Shown here: positions 40,140-49,570 of the stretch, one piece after another | How positions within the stretch are numbered: position 1 is the first letter of the stretch | Layout: each line of letters opens with the position of its first letter | DNA from: Candidatus Bathyarchaeota archaeon | GTDB taxonomy: Archaea > Thermoproteota > Bathyarchaeia > 40CM-2-53-6 | Direction of reading: 5' to 3' | Length of the DNA: 64,000 bases | Assembly: GCA_963733055.1 (NCBI GenBank) | Contig: CAVTBR010000001.1 | Location: forward strand, 192,001-256,000 | Notes under the pieces: generated by a model | The model's database searches: none | The model's input: the letters and a program-made list of their open reading frames with translations, nothing else | Told to the model about the DNA's origin: nothing | Program-made: the position numbers and the translations under genes

Positions 40140-41303
40140 TCAGACGTTGGTCTTCGAACGGGTCAACAATTCGAAATCGTGCTTGCTTATCCGACGCGTT
40201 CCGATTACAAACCATCCCCAAGCCTGATTCGGGTCTCTATCCCTGAAAGCTTCTAACTGATTTCGGAGCGCAGCATCGATGACTACTGGATTCTGAATGT
40301 AGAGCTGCGGGCCACTAAGAGCAAACGAGTATGGATATTCTTCCGGATGTCGCACTTTTGGATGCGCTTTCTTCTCAGGTTTCGTTAAGACTTTGGCATG
40401 AGCAACAACGCCGATCGCACTAGCATAGAAGCAAATCCAATCATCCGGCTTCAGGTCTTTTCTTCCCGGAGTTCTTTCACCGAAGGCGAACACCTTGTGT
40501 TCACCCACCAGTTCCTTGATCTCACCCTCCGCTGATTGCGCCTCATAGGATTTCACAGGAGAGAGCCAGTACGAGGCTTCACCAGCTTCCGACGGAATAG
40601 TCGGTGAAGCTTGAGGTAATTCGGCTGGTTCGGCAATTAGACCCTTCATTATGTCGACTGCGGGGTCGATTCGGGGAGTAGGACGCAGCAACTCTAGGAT
40701 TTTTTCATCGTCAAGTTCGTACTCCTCCTTTAGCTCGGCGAGAGACAGCAGAGACTCGACGGAGATGATTCGCAACCTATCTGAGTTCTTCTCAGCAAGT
40801 ATATTCTTTTCAATTTGACGAACTTCCGGGTCGGGACGCCCGACTACGTACAAACCCAACGCATCATTCGAGCTGGAAATCTTCTTTTCGGAAATGAGGT
40901 CGTTCATGTAGTTTAGAAGGGAAGCGGTCTTAATTGGGTGCGACTCGCTAGTCTTCACTTCTAGGACAATGGCGAACCCTGATGCGGACCTCCAAAGTCC
41001 GTCGTAACCAATTTGTCCTGGAACGCCCATGTAGCGTCCAAATTCAACTTCTTTGAATCCCAGAAATTGTCCGGCGTGTGTTACGAGGTCTTGAAGTGCA
41101 CGATTGAATCGAGTGTGAGTTCTCTTGTCTTTCTCCGCGGCGCTGAGTCTAAGGCATTCGTCGATGTAATCTCGAACTTGACCGACCTCCACAACGCTTC
41201 CCTTTAGGAAATTCAGAAATCGTCCACGGGCAGTGTCCTCACCTGAGGAATCGTCGAGTGTTCCAAGCAGTTCTAGAATGACCTTTAGACTGGTCGAACT
41301 CAT
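40140..41303 (-). CDS. PD-(D/E)XK endonuclease fused to an EVE/PUA-like domain
   Basis: GYDGLW...LEVKTS; C-terminal YWL...RKDLKPDDWICFYA...RRISKHDFELL. Confidence 0.7.
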   Translation of the reverse strand: MSSTSLKVILELLGTLDDSSGEDTARGRFLNFLKGSVVEVGQVRDYIDECLRLSAAEKDKRTHTRFNRALQDLVTHAGQFLGFKEVEFGRYMGVPGQIGYDGLWRSASGFAIVLEVKTSESHPIKTASLLNYMNDLISEKKISSSNDALGLYVVGRPDPEVRQIEKNILAEKNSDRLRIISVESLLSLAELKEEYELDDEKILELLRPTPRIDPAVDIMKGLIAEPAELPQASPTIPSEAGEASYWLSPVKSYEAQSAEGEIKELVGEHKVFAFGERTPGRKDLKPDDWICFYASAIGVVAHAKVLTKPEKKAHPKVRHPEEYPYSFALSGPQLYIQNPVVIDAALRNQLEAFRDRDPNQAWGWFVIGTRRISKHDFELLTRSKTNV

Positions 41304-41622
41304 ACTTTCACTTCGAGTATGACCGCTCTCATATATCGTAAGGATTGAGTTAACCGTTTTGACAGATATCTGGCTCTGTTAACGTTCAGGCCAACTTGGT
41401 TCGAGCGATCGACCGAGCCGACTTAGAAGCGCATAACCTACGATGGTTCCTCAATTCTGCCTAACCGTCACCGTCACCACTTCAAACGCCTTTTGTATTC
41501 GTCCCAAGACCGTAGCGCTAACGCGAGTAGTTCTCCGTGTAGTAGCCGCGAGTATGATAACAACACTAGGCACCCGCGTCGAATCAAAAGACACAACTCC
41601 ATGCGCGACTGATAGTAGGAGC

Positions 41623-42099
41623 ATGGATTCTGCACCCACCCTAGACGATGCGATTCTCTTTGCCGCGCAGAAGCATCATGGCAAGAGAGACAAGGTCGGA
41701 CCCTACATACTTCACGTGCTTTCTGTCATGTTTCGGCTGGGGTCTGATGAAGAACGCATGGCCGGTGTCTTGCATGACATCGTTGAAGAGACGGATGTTA
41801 CTCTCGAGCAATTGAAGGAACTTGGGTATCCAGATCGTATCGTTGAGGCCATTGATCTTCTCACGTGGCGCAAGGAGCAGGAATCCTATGAGCAGCATAT
41901 TCAGAGATTGAAACCGAATCCACTCGCGGCAAGCGTGAAGAGAGCTGACCTCGAAGATCATCTCACACCCATTATCGGTGGTGGAGGGACTTGGCTCGAA
42001 GAGAACTATCCTAACCTCTACGAGAGATACCAGAAAGCCCTGCAAGAACTAGGCCAAAGGTCTTCCAACCCTACCCGAAGTGCCGAAGTCTGGTACTGA
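41623..42099 (+). CDS. Stand-alone RelA/SpoT-type HD hydrolase (Mesh1/SAH-like)
   Basis: FAAQKHHG..DK..PYILH, VLHDIVE, VKRAD; AGGAG RBS before ATG 41623. Confidence 0.8.
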   Translation: MDSAPTLDDAILFAAQKHHGKRDKVGPYILHVLSVMFRLGSDEERMAGVLHDIVEETDVTLEQLKELGYPDRIVEAIDLLTWRKEQESYEQHIQRLKPNPLAASVKRADLEDHLTPIIGGGGTWLEENYPNLYERYQKALQELGQRSSNPTRSAEVWY

Positions 42100-42148
42100 A
42101 ATACAGAATGCGAGATTCTATAGGGAAGCGTGCCAGAAGAACGAACCG

Positions 42149-42754
42149 TCAATCTTCGCTACTGTTTTGCCTCATCCCAGCAGGATCGAATCTTGTGTTT
42201 CGGAGAATAGAGTACAGCGACTTGCTTTGCAGTGGGCCTCTCAACTCGTAAATGTCGGGGTTATGAGGGGATACAGTGAAGCCGTATTCGATCAAGATGT
42301 GGCGAACGGCATCTTCATCAAGCGTCCATGGCTCCTTCCGATTGTTGAAAATTACCTTGAAGTTGAGGACGGTCACTTTGTTAGTGCCGGGCGTTAGAAG
42401 GCTAATGGTGACAAGCTCATGCAGTCCATTCTTCAAGTACTTGACATCTTCAATAGCGCCGGCCAGCAGGCTACCTTGGTTAGCCTTCGCATACTCTTCC
42501 ATCTGCCTTGATGGCTCATCATTTTTCCCGCTGAAGAAGAACGCGTGGGTTTTCCCTTGCTGAGCTTCCTCGGATGGAGGCATGACGCGTCTAATTTCAC
42601 CGCTAGGGCTCTTGATGTACACTCTGTCCTGTATTCCACCTGGACCTTGTCCCCCGGAGTCAGAGGAGGGCTGCAACTCCTCGAGCCTCTTGAGTTTCCT
42701 GTAAGCTGCATGGGCAGCTGCGTATTCGCTGAAATACCCGCCCAGTCGAACCAT
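42149..42754 (-). CDS. Hypothetical protein
   Basis: Longest ORF in the interval; no motif recognised. Confidence 0.45.
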   Translation of the reverse strand: MVRLGGYFSEYAAAHAAYRKLKRLEELQPSSDSGGQGPGGIQDRVYIKSPSGEIRRVMPPSEEAQQGKTHAFFFSGKNDEPSRQMEEYAKANQGSLLAGAIEDVKYLKNGLHELVTISLLTPGTNKVTVLNFKVIFNNRKEPWTLDEDAVRHILIEYGFTVSPHNPDIYELRGPLQSKSLYSILRNTRFDPAGMRQNSSED

Positions 42755-43003
42755 TTGCGCGTCAATATCGAAAGCGTCCTTGCTGAAGACTTCCCATTGC
42801 TTCTTGATTAGTTACCATAAGAATTCTATCAATAGGCTTGAAAGCAAAGAAACAGATTACCGGAATAATCAGTGAAGTCAGGTTTGCCCTGCTGTTTTCG
42901 TGAGATTTTAGTTGATTAATGGCTTAGGGCTTGCATCATCACTAGTCTTTGGTGAATCATTCTCAGATAGATAGGATTCTTATTTGCATGATAAAGAGTA
43001 GAT

Positions 43004-44338
43004 GTGGACGCGCTGCCTTTGGTCAGTCTAACATTCTACGGCGGAGTTGGAGAGATCGGCGGCAACAAGATCCTCCTAGAAGATAAGGATACGAAGATCC
43101 TCCTCGATTTCGGAATGAACTTTGCTGGACGCTCGAAATTCTACTCAGAGCCTTTCCTAGCGCCACGCAACGAGAGAGGACTCGTTGAATTAGGTCTATT
43201 ACCAAACATACCTGGAGCGTACAGATTCGAGGAAACTCAACCCGACATAGACGCCGTCTTCCTATCCCATTCTCACACAGATCATTCATCCTACATCACA
43301 TTCCTCAACCGGCAAATTCCAATCTACTGCGGCGAAACTACGGCAACAATCATACAAGGATTCAATGAGATCACGCCGAAAAGCTTCGACAACGACCTCG
43401 AAGGACTACAATTCAGAACATTCCGCACCGGAGACAAAGTCAAAGTTGGATCAGTGGAAGTTGAACCAATCCACGTCGACCATTCAGTCCCAGGCGCGTA
43501 TGGATTCATTATTCACACAACTGAAGGCGCAGTAATCTACTCCGGAGACTTCCGAATACATGGCACCAAATCTGAAATGACCCATGACTTCGTAAACGCC
43601 GCTGCTGAAAGCAGACCCATAGCTATGCTCTGCGAAGGAACGAACCTAATCGGAGCCGATTTCTCAACTGAGAAGGAAGTCAACGAAAAGATAGACAAAG
43701 TGGTCAGCACGTCACAGAATCTAGTGCTTGCCAGCTTTCGTCACACGGACGTTGATCGTACCAGGACTCTTTATGAAGTCGCCAAACGTAACCAACGTAA
43801 ACTCGCCATTTCTCTTAGACAGGCGTACATGCTGAACAAACTTAAGGAAGATAAGCATCTGGACCTACCGTCAGTTGCCTCGAACGATTTTCTAATCTTC
43901 AAACGAGAGAAGAAGTCGTACTACAAGTGGGAGAAGACCATTCTAGATTTCCCAAACGTAGTAGACGCGCAAGAGGTAAAACGAATGCAAAGTCACTTAA
44001 TCCTTGCAACCGGCTTCTCTGATCTGAAGGAGTTGGTGGATATGAAGCCCAAATCTGGGAGCACTTTCATCTTATCCACATCCGAACCCTTCAACGAGGA
44101 GATGGAGATCGAGTATGACAAGTTCGTGAATTGGCTCGACCACTTCGGCCTTCCCATGTTTCATATTCATTGCTCTGGTCACATAATGCCAACCGAGATG
44201 AGACAGGCGGTCGCCGAGATTGCTCCGCGCAAATTACATCCCATCCACACTGAACATCCAGAATTATTCGCACGATTCGTATCCGGCCTGACTGACGTGG
44301 AATTGCCTGTAAAAGGTAGGCCACAACAGATTCAATAA
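43004..44338 (+). CDS. MBL/beta-CASP ribonuclease J-like protein
   Basis: GGVGEIGGNKI, HSHTDH, VDHSVPG, SGDFRIHG, CEGT, HCSGH, PIHTE. Confidence 0.88.
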   Translation: MDALPLVSLTFYGGVGEIGGNKILLEDKDTKILLDFGMNFAGRSKFYSEPFLAPRNERGLVELGLLPNIPGAYRFEETQPDIDAVFLSHSHTDHSSYITFLNRQIPIYCGETTATIIQGFNEITPKSFDNDLEGLQFRTFRTGDKVKVGSVEVEPIHVDHSVPGAYGFIIHTTEGAVIYSGDFRIHGTKSEMTHDFVNAAAESRPIAMLCEGTNLIGADFSTEKEVNEKIDKVVSTSQNLVLASFRHTDVDRTRTLYEVAKRNQRKLAISLRQAYMLNKLKEDKHLDLPSVASNDFLIFKREKKSYYKWEKTILDFPNVVDAQEVKRMQSHLILATGFSDLKELVDMKPKSGSTFILSTSEPFNEEMEIEYDKFVNWLDHFGLPMFHIHCSGHIMPTEMRQAVAEIAPRKLHPIHTEHPELFARFVSGLTDVELPVKGRPQQIQ

Positions 44339-44543
44339 TGTGGGAAAAAACTCCACTATGAAAACGCCTACTCATCCAGAATATAGGAGATCAACCAACC
44401 TAGTGATGGTGATGAAGCAAGGCGAGAAGGAAACCTATGCTCGCTGGGGTTTAGCACCTGCAAGGTGTTAGTTGGCTCTCTCGGTTTGTAAGCAATTCGT
44501 TTCGTAGTTTCATCTAAGACCCCCTGTCAAGGATGGATGGCAC

Positions 44544-44595
44544 AACACCCTTTTCTACGGCGACAACATCGACATCCTTGAAGCGGTTCATCCCC
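44544..44595 (+). pseudogene. N-terminal remnant of a beta-class DNA methyltransferase
   Basis: Reads NTLFYGDNIDIL then (+1) KRFIP, breaking off before the expected DLIY.DPPF. Confidence 0.5.
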
Positions 44596-44635
44596 GGTTT
44601 CGTAGTAGCCAAGTTCTCTGGAAAGGGACTCGATT

Positions 44636-46828
44636 GTGAATGAAAAAGAGCTGTCGATGAAGATCAGGGATTACTTGAACAAGACTTCAATGGACATGCA
44701 TCTAAAGTTCATAGACGATTTCTGCGATATCGCGGATGAGAAGAACAGAATCTATATCGAAGTCAAACCCGACCACTTCGCCCCTGCCCAACTACTACAC
44801 GCGATTGCGAGAGAGGGAATCAAGGACGCAGTGTATCTTGGAGTTGCAGATAGCAGCGAAGTTAGATTGTTTGTCCCGCCGCCCTATGTCAAGATTCTTG
44901 CTTTTGCCAATAGCTTCGACCCGACACTTGTTTTCTCAGCCAGTCAAGTCGACAAGCCAGAATTGAACTCTCAAGCTGAGAGAATTCTAGGAAACCCTGA
45001 CAGGGTCATCAAACTCGAATTTTCGTCTGAACAATATCTCTTCATCAACAAGGATAACATGAGCTCTGTCAGGCCAATAACGGACAAGTACAAAATACAT
45101 CTCGATCTTTTAGTTGACTGGCTCGACGGAGTCGGCGAGAAAGATTCCATCAAGGTTAACACCGAAGGCTGGCTTGTGAATATAGACAAGGGAGAAATCT
45201 ATACCAACGAATATACGCAAGAAATAAGGGAACTCACGGAGTTCGGTCGTGGTTATCGCAGACCGAAGTACAATCCGATAAGACCAATTGACAAGTCTTG
45301 GTTTGAATCCCTACGCGTTAAGCACGAAGACCTTGCAGACGTTCTTCATGAGGTGGACCGACTTCTCTCCCGTAAGAAACGACGTGAAAGTGGCGTCTTC
45401 TGGACTGAGGTCGAGATTGGTGATATGCTGGCCGATGAAATATTGAACTTGACAAGACCCGATTACGTCGTTGAGCCTTGTGTGGGCGGCGGGTCTTTGG
45501 TGAAGAACATTGTCCCGCGCGTCAAGGGAACAATGAATGACATTAGTGTTGGGCACGTGGAAAACTGTAGAAGAATATTCGATGGCTACGATTGGAAGTT
45601 CACTACTCTTGATATCGTGCGTCGAGATACTGGCGAGCTAATGAAGGCTTGGGGAGTCCCGTCAGGTAAAACCCTGCTTCTTTACACGAACCCGCCATTT
45701 GGCACAGTATCGACGGGCCAGATTGTATCTAAGAAGAATGAAATGGACGGCAAACCATCGAGACAGCAATCAATCGAGTACCCGCCTGCACTGTTGAAGT
45801 ACGGTAAGGGTGACTTGTTTCTGCCCCTCATTGGACGTCTGATTGAAATTGCCAAGACCCAAGAGAAATGCTACCTGGCATTCTTCTCTCCTTTTGGCCT
45901 ATTCTGCGGCAGGAAGCGTTACCTGAAACTCTTTGGTGCGTTGATGAAGGATTTCAAGTTCCTAAAGGGGCATGTTTTTGCGGGCTACAACTTTCATGAC
46001 ATCAACAAGACTCTGCCAATATCACTAACCATTTGGAAATACTCACCGAACGCCAACACTAAGCACCTTGATCTCGTCTTTGAGTTTCTTGACAAGAGTG
46101 GGGATAGAAAGACTCTGCGTTTCAAGCAGATGACATTGTTGAAGGATGGGTGGAGATACAGGGACGGTAGTAAGTACGTGAAAATCAAGACGAAAGACGC
46201 GATAGGTGCGCCACGTTGTGACAGGTTCAACGCTCCGGAGCCAAAAATATTTGGTGTCGACTTAAAGGAAGGGAGCGGCGCAGAACTCTCGCCTGACAAT
46301 CTCAAGCTCGATAAGATTGCCCTGAAGATTCCAAACGTACCATCAGAGATTGTATACGGACTCTGGAGTGTATCTGTAGGCAAACATGCTTTCGGGACGT
46401 CGTTATCGGTGTCATTGCATCCCATATATTTCGAACAGGCCTACGTTCATCTACCAGACTTCAATAGGAAAGAGACCCTTGAGATTCTGGCATACGCCGC
46501 CTTAGGGGTACTCCTGAAGAACTATGCCGAAGACAGGATTGGCTTCTTCGGAACTAATCGCGTTTTCAGGTTCGGCAACGAGCGGTTGACCAAGGGCGTT
46601 GAACATCTCTTCAAATATTGCAAAGATGCGCCTACATATGACGGTAACACTATTGGCGATGCCTTGGAACTAATCAAACATTCGAAAGTTGACGCTACAA
46701 AACTAAGGAAGAGTCTGAAAGAGGAAGTGTCGAAGCGTCTGATTGCTATTGGCTACTGGGACTTCGTACCTATTCCGCAAGTCACCCTAGATGAATCAAA
46801 TTCCGAGTCCGCACAACAACGACTCTAG
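44636..46828 (+). CDS. Type IIG-like restriction-modification fusion (REase + N6-adenine MTase + TRD)
   Basis: FCDIAD..IYIEVK; GVFWT; EPCVGGG (motif I); YTNPPF (motif IV). Confidence 0.75.
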   Translation: MNEKELSMKIRDYLNKTSMDMHLKFIDDFCDIADEKNRIYIEVKPDHFAPAQLLHAIAREGIKDAVYLGVADSSEVRLFVPPPYVKILAFANSFDPTLVFSASQVDKPELNSQAERILGNPDRVIKLEFSSEQYLFINKDNMSSVRPITDKYKIHLDLLVDWLDGVGEKDSIKVNTEGWLVNIDKGEIYTNEYTQEIRELTEFGRGYRRPKYNPIRPIDKSWFESLRVKHEDLADVLHEVDRLLSRKKRRESGVFWTEVEIGDMLADEILNLTRPDYVVEPCVGGGSLVKNIVPRVKGTMNDISVGHVENCRRIFDGYDWKFTTLDIVRRDTGELMKAWGVPSGKTLLLYTNPPFGTVSTGQIVSKKNEMDGKPSRQQSIEYPPALLKYGKGDLFLPLIGRLIEIAKTQEKCYLAFFSPFGLFCGRKRYLKLFGALMKDFKFLKGHVFAGYNFHDINKTLPISLTIWKYSPNANTKHLDLVFEFLDKSGDRKTLRFKQMTLLKDGWRYRDGSKYVKIKTKDAIGAPRCDRFNAPEPKIFGVDLKEGSGAELSPDNLKLDKIALKIPNVPSEIVYGLWSVSVGKHAFGTSLSVSLHPIYFEQAYVHLPDFNRKETLEILAYAALGVLLKNYAEDRIGFFGTNRVFRFGNERLTKGVEHLFKYCKDAPTYDGNTIGDALELIKHSKVDATKLRKSLKEEVSKRLIAIGYWDFVPIPQVTLDESNSESAQQRL

Positions 46829-47030
46829 TCGGGTAGGCGTTGCCCTCTTCGTCGGCGGACTTCTGCTGCTTTGGTCTTGAACTGAGTGGTAGTACGCACC
46901 AGCAATAACACATACTTCCAGGCCGAATTGTTGTTTAATTCGGTTCGCATAGACCAGAACTCCCGTTCGACGCAACGAACTCTATACTATCTCGGGAACA
47001 ATCGATCATCGAACATTTCAGAGAAGGCGA

Positions 47031-47597
47031 CTACCTCTGAATCATTTTCTCTTTCCGTTGCATGCGAAACGCTTTGTTTGCTGTTCCGACGATTGTTCTC
47101 ATAGATCGAGCCGTTGCCGCGCAGTCTACTATGCTACTAACTGTTCCCCATGGGATCCGATTCTTAGCATCCAGCTTGGATCCTACCATGTTCTCCTTCT
47201 TGAGCACAGCGGAATAGAGCTCGTGTTTCTCCAGCACTTTCACCCATTTGCACGCGTTCATTTCATCGGACGAGGGTGGGCGCTCATGAAACAAAGCACC
47301 TATGGTAAAGATATCACCATTAGAACGCACTCTAAACTCCGATTGTTGCACAAACGCTTGGTTGCCTAAAAAGACGCGTTGCGATTCAAGCTCATAAATT
47401 ATCGATCTCAAGTCTTGAGAGCTGACGAGAGCAACGTAGCCTCTTCTGTTAGTCTTGAATCGTCGAGCATCATCAAGGTTTGAAAAAATGTAGTTTCCAG
47501 AAATTCCGAATTTCGCTACAGCTCTCGGAGGCAGCGTGGATCTCTCTTGAACATTCGTTCCGAAATTTCCCACGGCTTGCACAAATGCCACGTACAT
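47031..47597 (-). CDS. Hypothetical protein
   Basis: ORF only; possibly DUF1697-like, uncertain. Confidence 0.4.
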   Translation of the reverse strand: MYVAFVQAVGNFGTNVQERSTLPPRAVAKFGISGNYIFSNLDDARRFKTNRRGYVALVSSQDLRSIIYELESQRVFLGNQAFVQQSEFRVRSNGDIFTIGALFHERPPSSDEMNACKWVKVLEKHELYSAVLKKENMVGSKLDAKNRIPWGTVSSIVDCAATARSMRTIVGTANKAFRMQRKEKMIQR

Positions 47598-47757
47598 GCT
47601 AAGACATTGTTGTGTGGTCTATTATTCTATATCGGACTTTTGTTCGGAGCCCTCACATCTTATAAGACAAAGCCGTGTCGTCGCCGTCGTCGAGGCCAAA
47701 TGAAGAAAGGTTTCGATATCCACGACTTCAACCGCAGCTGGGACCTTGCCTCGCAAT

Positions 47758-49539
47758 CTACGAATACACTATTCGCGCCAGTTTCTCCACAATATCTGGA
47801 ATGGTAGTATCTCCGTCATACTTCTCCACAGCTGCATAGGGCTTTCCCAACTTATCCACACTATTTTGAGAGATTCCCAACAACGTTTCGAATTCAGGCG
47901 AGATAGCTTCTATAGCGCCGATATTCGCATCCAATCTTGAACGGATGTTTTGATTCTCATTGAAAAGTCGAGTTGCGTCATGTAGCTTTTGTGAATCTTC
48001 CCTAGCGCCCCCGGGTCGTAGTTCCAGATCAATCGGGTCTTCATCATGAATGACTAAGTACGGTAATTTGAATGCGTTCATAACCCTCATGTAGAGGACA
48101 AGATTGTATTTTGAGTTGCAATCGATGATGCTAATCTTGTAGTCGTAAACCCCAATTCTCTTCGCTAAGAGTGGAAAAACAGCTTTCTCTGTAGCGCCCT
48201 CAACAAGAACGGTCTTTCTTGAGAAAAATAACTCATTGCGGTCGGGATTAAAAAACTGAATCATTTGAAAGCGCTTTTTCTCCTCAACTTCACCTGCCGC
48301 AAATAGGTCCTCTCTTGCACGAAAGCACTTGGTGCCTTCGGTTGGGTTTGTCTTACGAATTAGCACAATATTCCTATAATCCTCTAAACTCACGAAGTGA
48401 GGTGAGTGGCTGCACAGGAAAATTTGGTCGACGGTAGAGATCTGTTTCAGTGCCTGGTAAGTCATTCTACACACTTGCGGATGCAAGAAAAGTTCTGGCT
48501 CCTCAAACGCGAATATGTTGCTTCTTCTCCTGACTTCCGTTTCGGGAGAAATTACCGCCGCCCAAATTCTCATAAGAGCAAACATCAGAGCCCTCTGGAG
48601 ACCATGGCCCTTCTGCGAGATGTCTGATTCGAAACCGTCATCAATCGTGATTCTTGTCGCTAAGGCTAAAACACTCTTGGGGTCTGGCGGTTCAACTCCG
48701 ATCTTAACATTTACGGCCCATCCTGAAAGTTCTTGTACGATATCGCGCTCTAGTTCACGAATCTCATGCATCTTCTGTTCCGGCGTCGGTCCTTCAATTG
48801 CGGATTTCAGGTTCAGTAATGATCGCACGACTTCTTGGTATGATGGATTGTGTTCTGAAATTCGTTCGATTAAAGCACTGACTAAACGTCCCAACAAAGT
48901 AGTGGCCGAAGACGTCTTCGTTTCATCTGCAACATCTCTTACGGCGGGAACTAAATACAGCTCTGGTAAATACCCATCAAGGACTTGCTTGAAACCTGCC
49001 GGGTTCTTCCTAGTTTCGGTGTGATAGGCGACGGTGGCCCGGTTGGCTTCAATATACTGTGTTATCGCATTGGAGTAAGCTTCCTTCGAAATTCTGCCCG
49101 TCGCTGGCAGGTAATTATATAGAGGTAATTGCGACACGGCATCCCGATCATTGTAATGTTCGAAATCTTCACTTAGCCATGACTCATTTGGTACTTGCAT
49201 TAGCGCAGAGTAGTTCGTGGTTGACTTTCCGTCTGCTGCGAGTACATATTCTTTGAGCACGGTGAGCTTACCATTGACGGTCCACGGCCTTAGTTTTTCC
49301 ATCTCCGGTTCGGTGAGGTTCTCGAACAGTGCACTCATTTCGATGGGTTCACTAGTCTCTCTGTTGAAAAAATCATTCGGCTCTACTTTGGACGAACTGC
49401 TAAGGAAAAGATCCAAGGCGTAAAAGAAGTTAGATTTCCCGTGGTTATTTGGCCCGATAAGAACAAGAAAATCTTCAGTGTCTAGTCCCACCGACTTGAT
49501 CGACCTGTATCTTTTGATTTCAAATCGACGAAGTTTCAA
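47758..49539 (-). CDS. OLD-family ABC-ATPase/TOPRIM nuclease
   Basis: GPNNHGKS, KGHGLQR, FEEPELFLHP, SHSP, LVEGATE, IHDED. Confidence 0.9.
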   Translation of the reverse strand: MKLRRFEIKRYRSIKSVGLDTEDFLVLIGPNNHGKSNFFYALDLFLSSSSKVEPNDFFNRETSEPIEMSALFENLTEPEMEKLRPWTVNGKLTVLKEYVLAADGKSTTNYSALMQVPNESWLSEDFEHYNDRDAVSQLPLYNYLPATGRISKEAYSNAITQYIEANRATVAYHTETRKNPAGFKQVLDGYLPELYLVPAVRDVADETKTSSATTLLGRLVSALIERISEHNPSYQEVVRSLLNLKSAIEGPTPEQKMHEIRELERDIVQELSGWAVNVKIGVEPPDPKSVLALATRITIDDGFESDISQKGHGLQRALMFALMRIWAAVISPETEVRRRSNIFAFEEPELFLHPQVCRMTYQALKQISTVDQIFLCSHSPHFVSLEDYRNIVLIRKTNPTEGTKCFRAREDLFAAGEVEEKKRFQMIQFFNPDRNELFFSRKTVLVEGATEKAVFPLLAKRIGVYDYKISIIDCNSKYNLVLYMRVMNAFKLPYLVIHDEDPIDLELRPGGAREDSQKLHDATRLFNENQNIRSRLDANIGAIEAISPEFETLLGISQNSVDKLGKPYAAVEKYDGDTTIPDIVEKLARIVYS

Positions 49540-49570
49540 ATGATAAACCTACCAAAATCAAGCAATCTAC

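Noticed and set aside
44561-44575. CGACA pair as the distal transposon end
   Set aside because: The spacing is only 9 bp and the sequence is explained by the GDNIDI codons of the MTase stub
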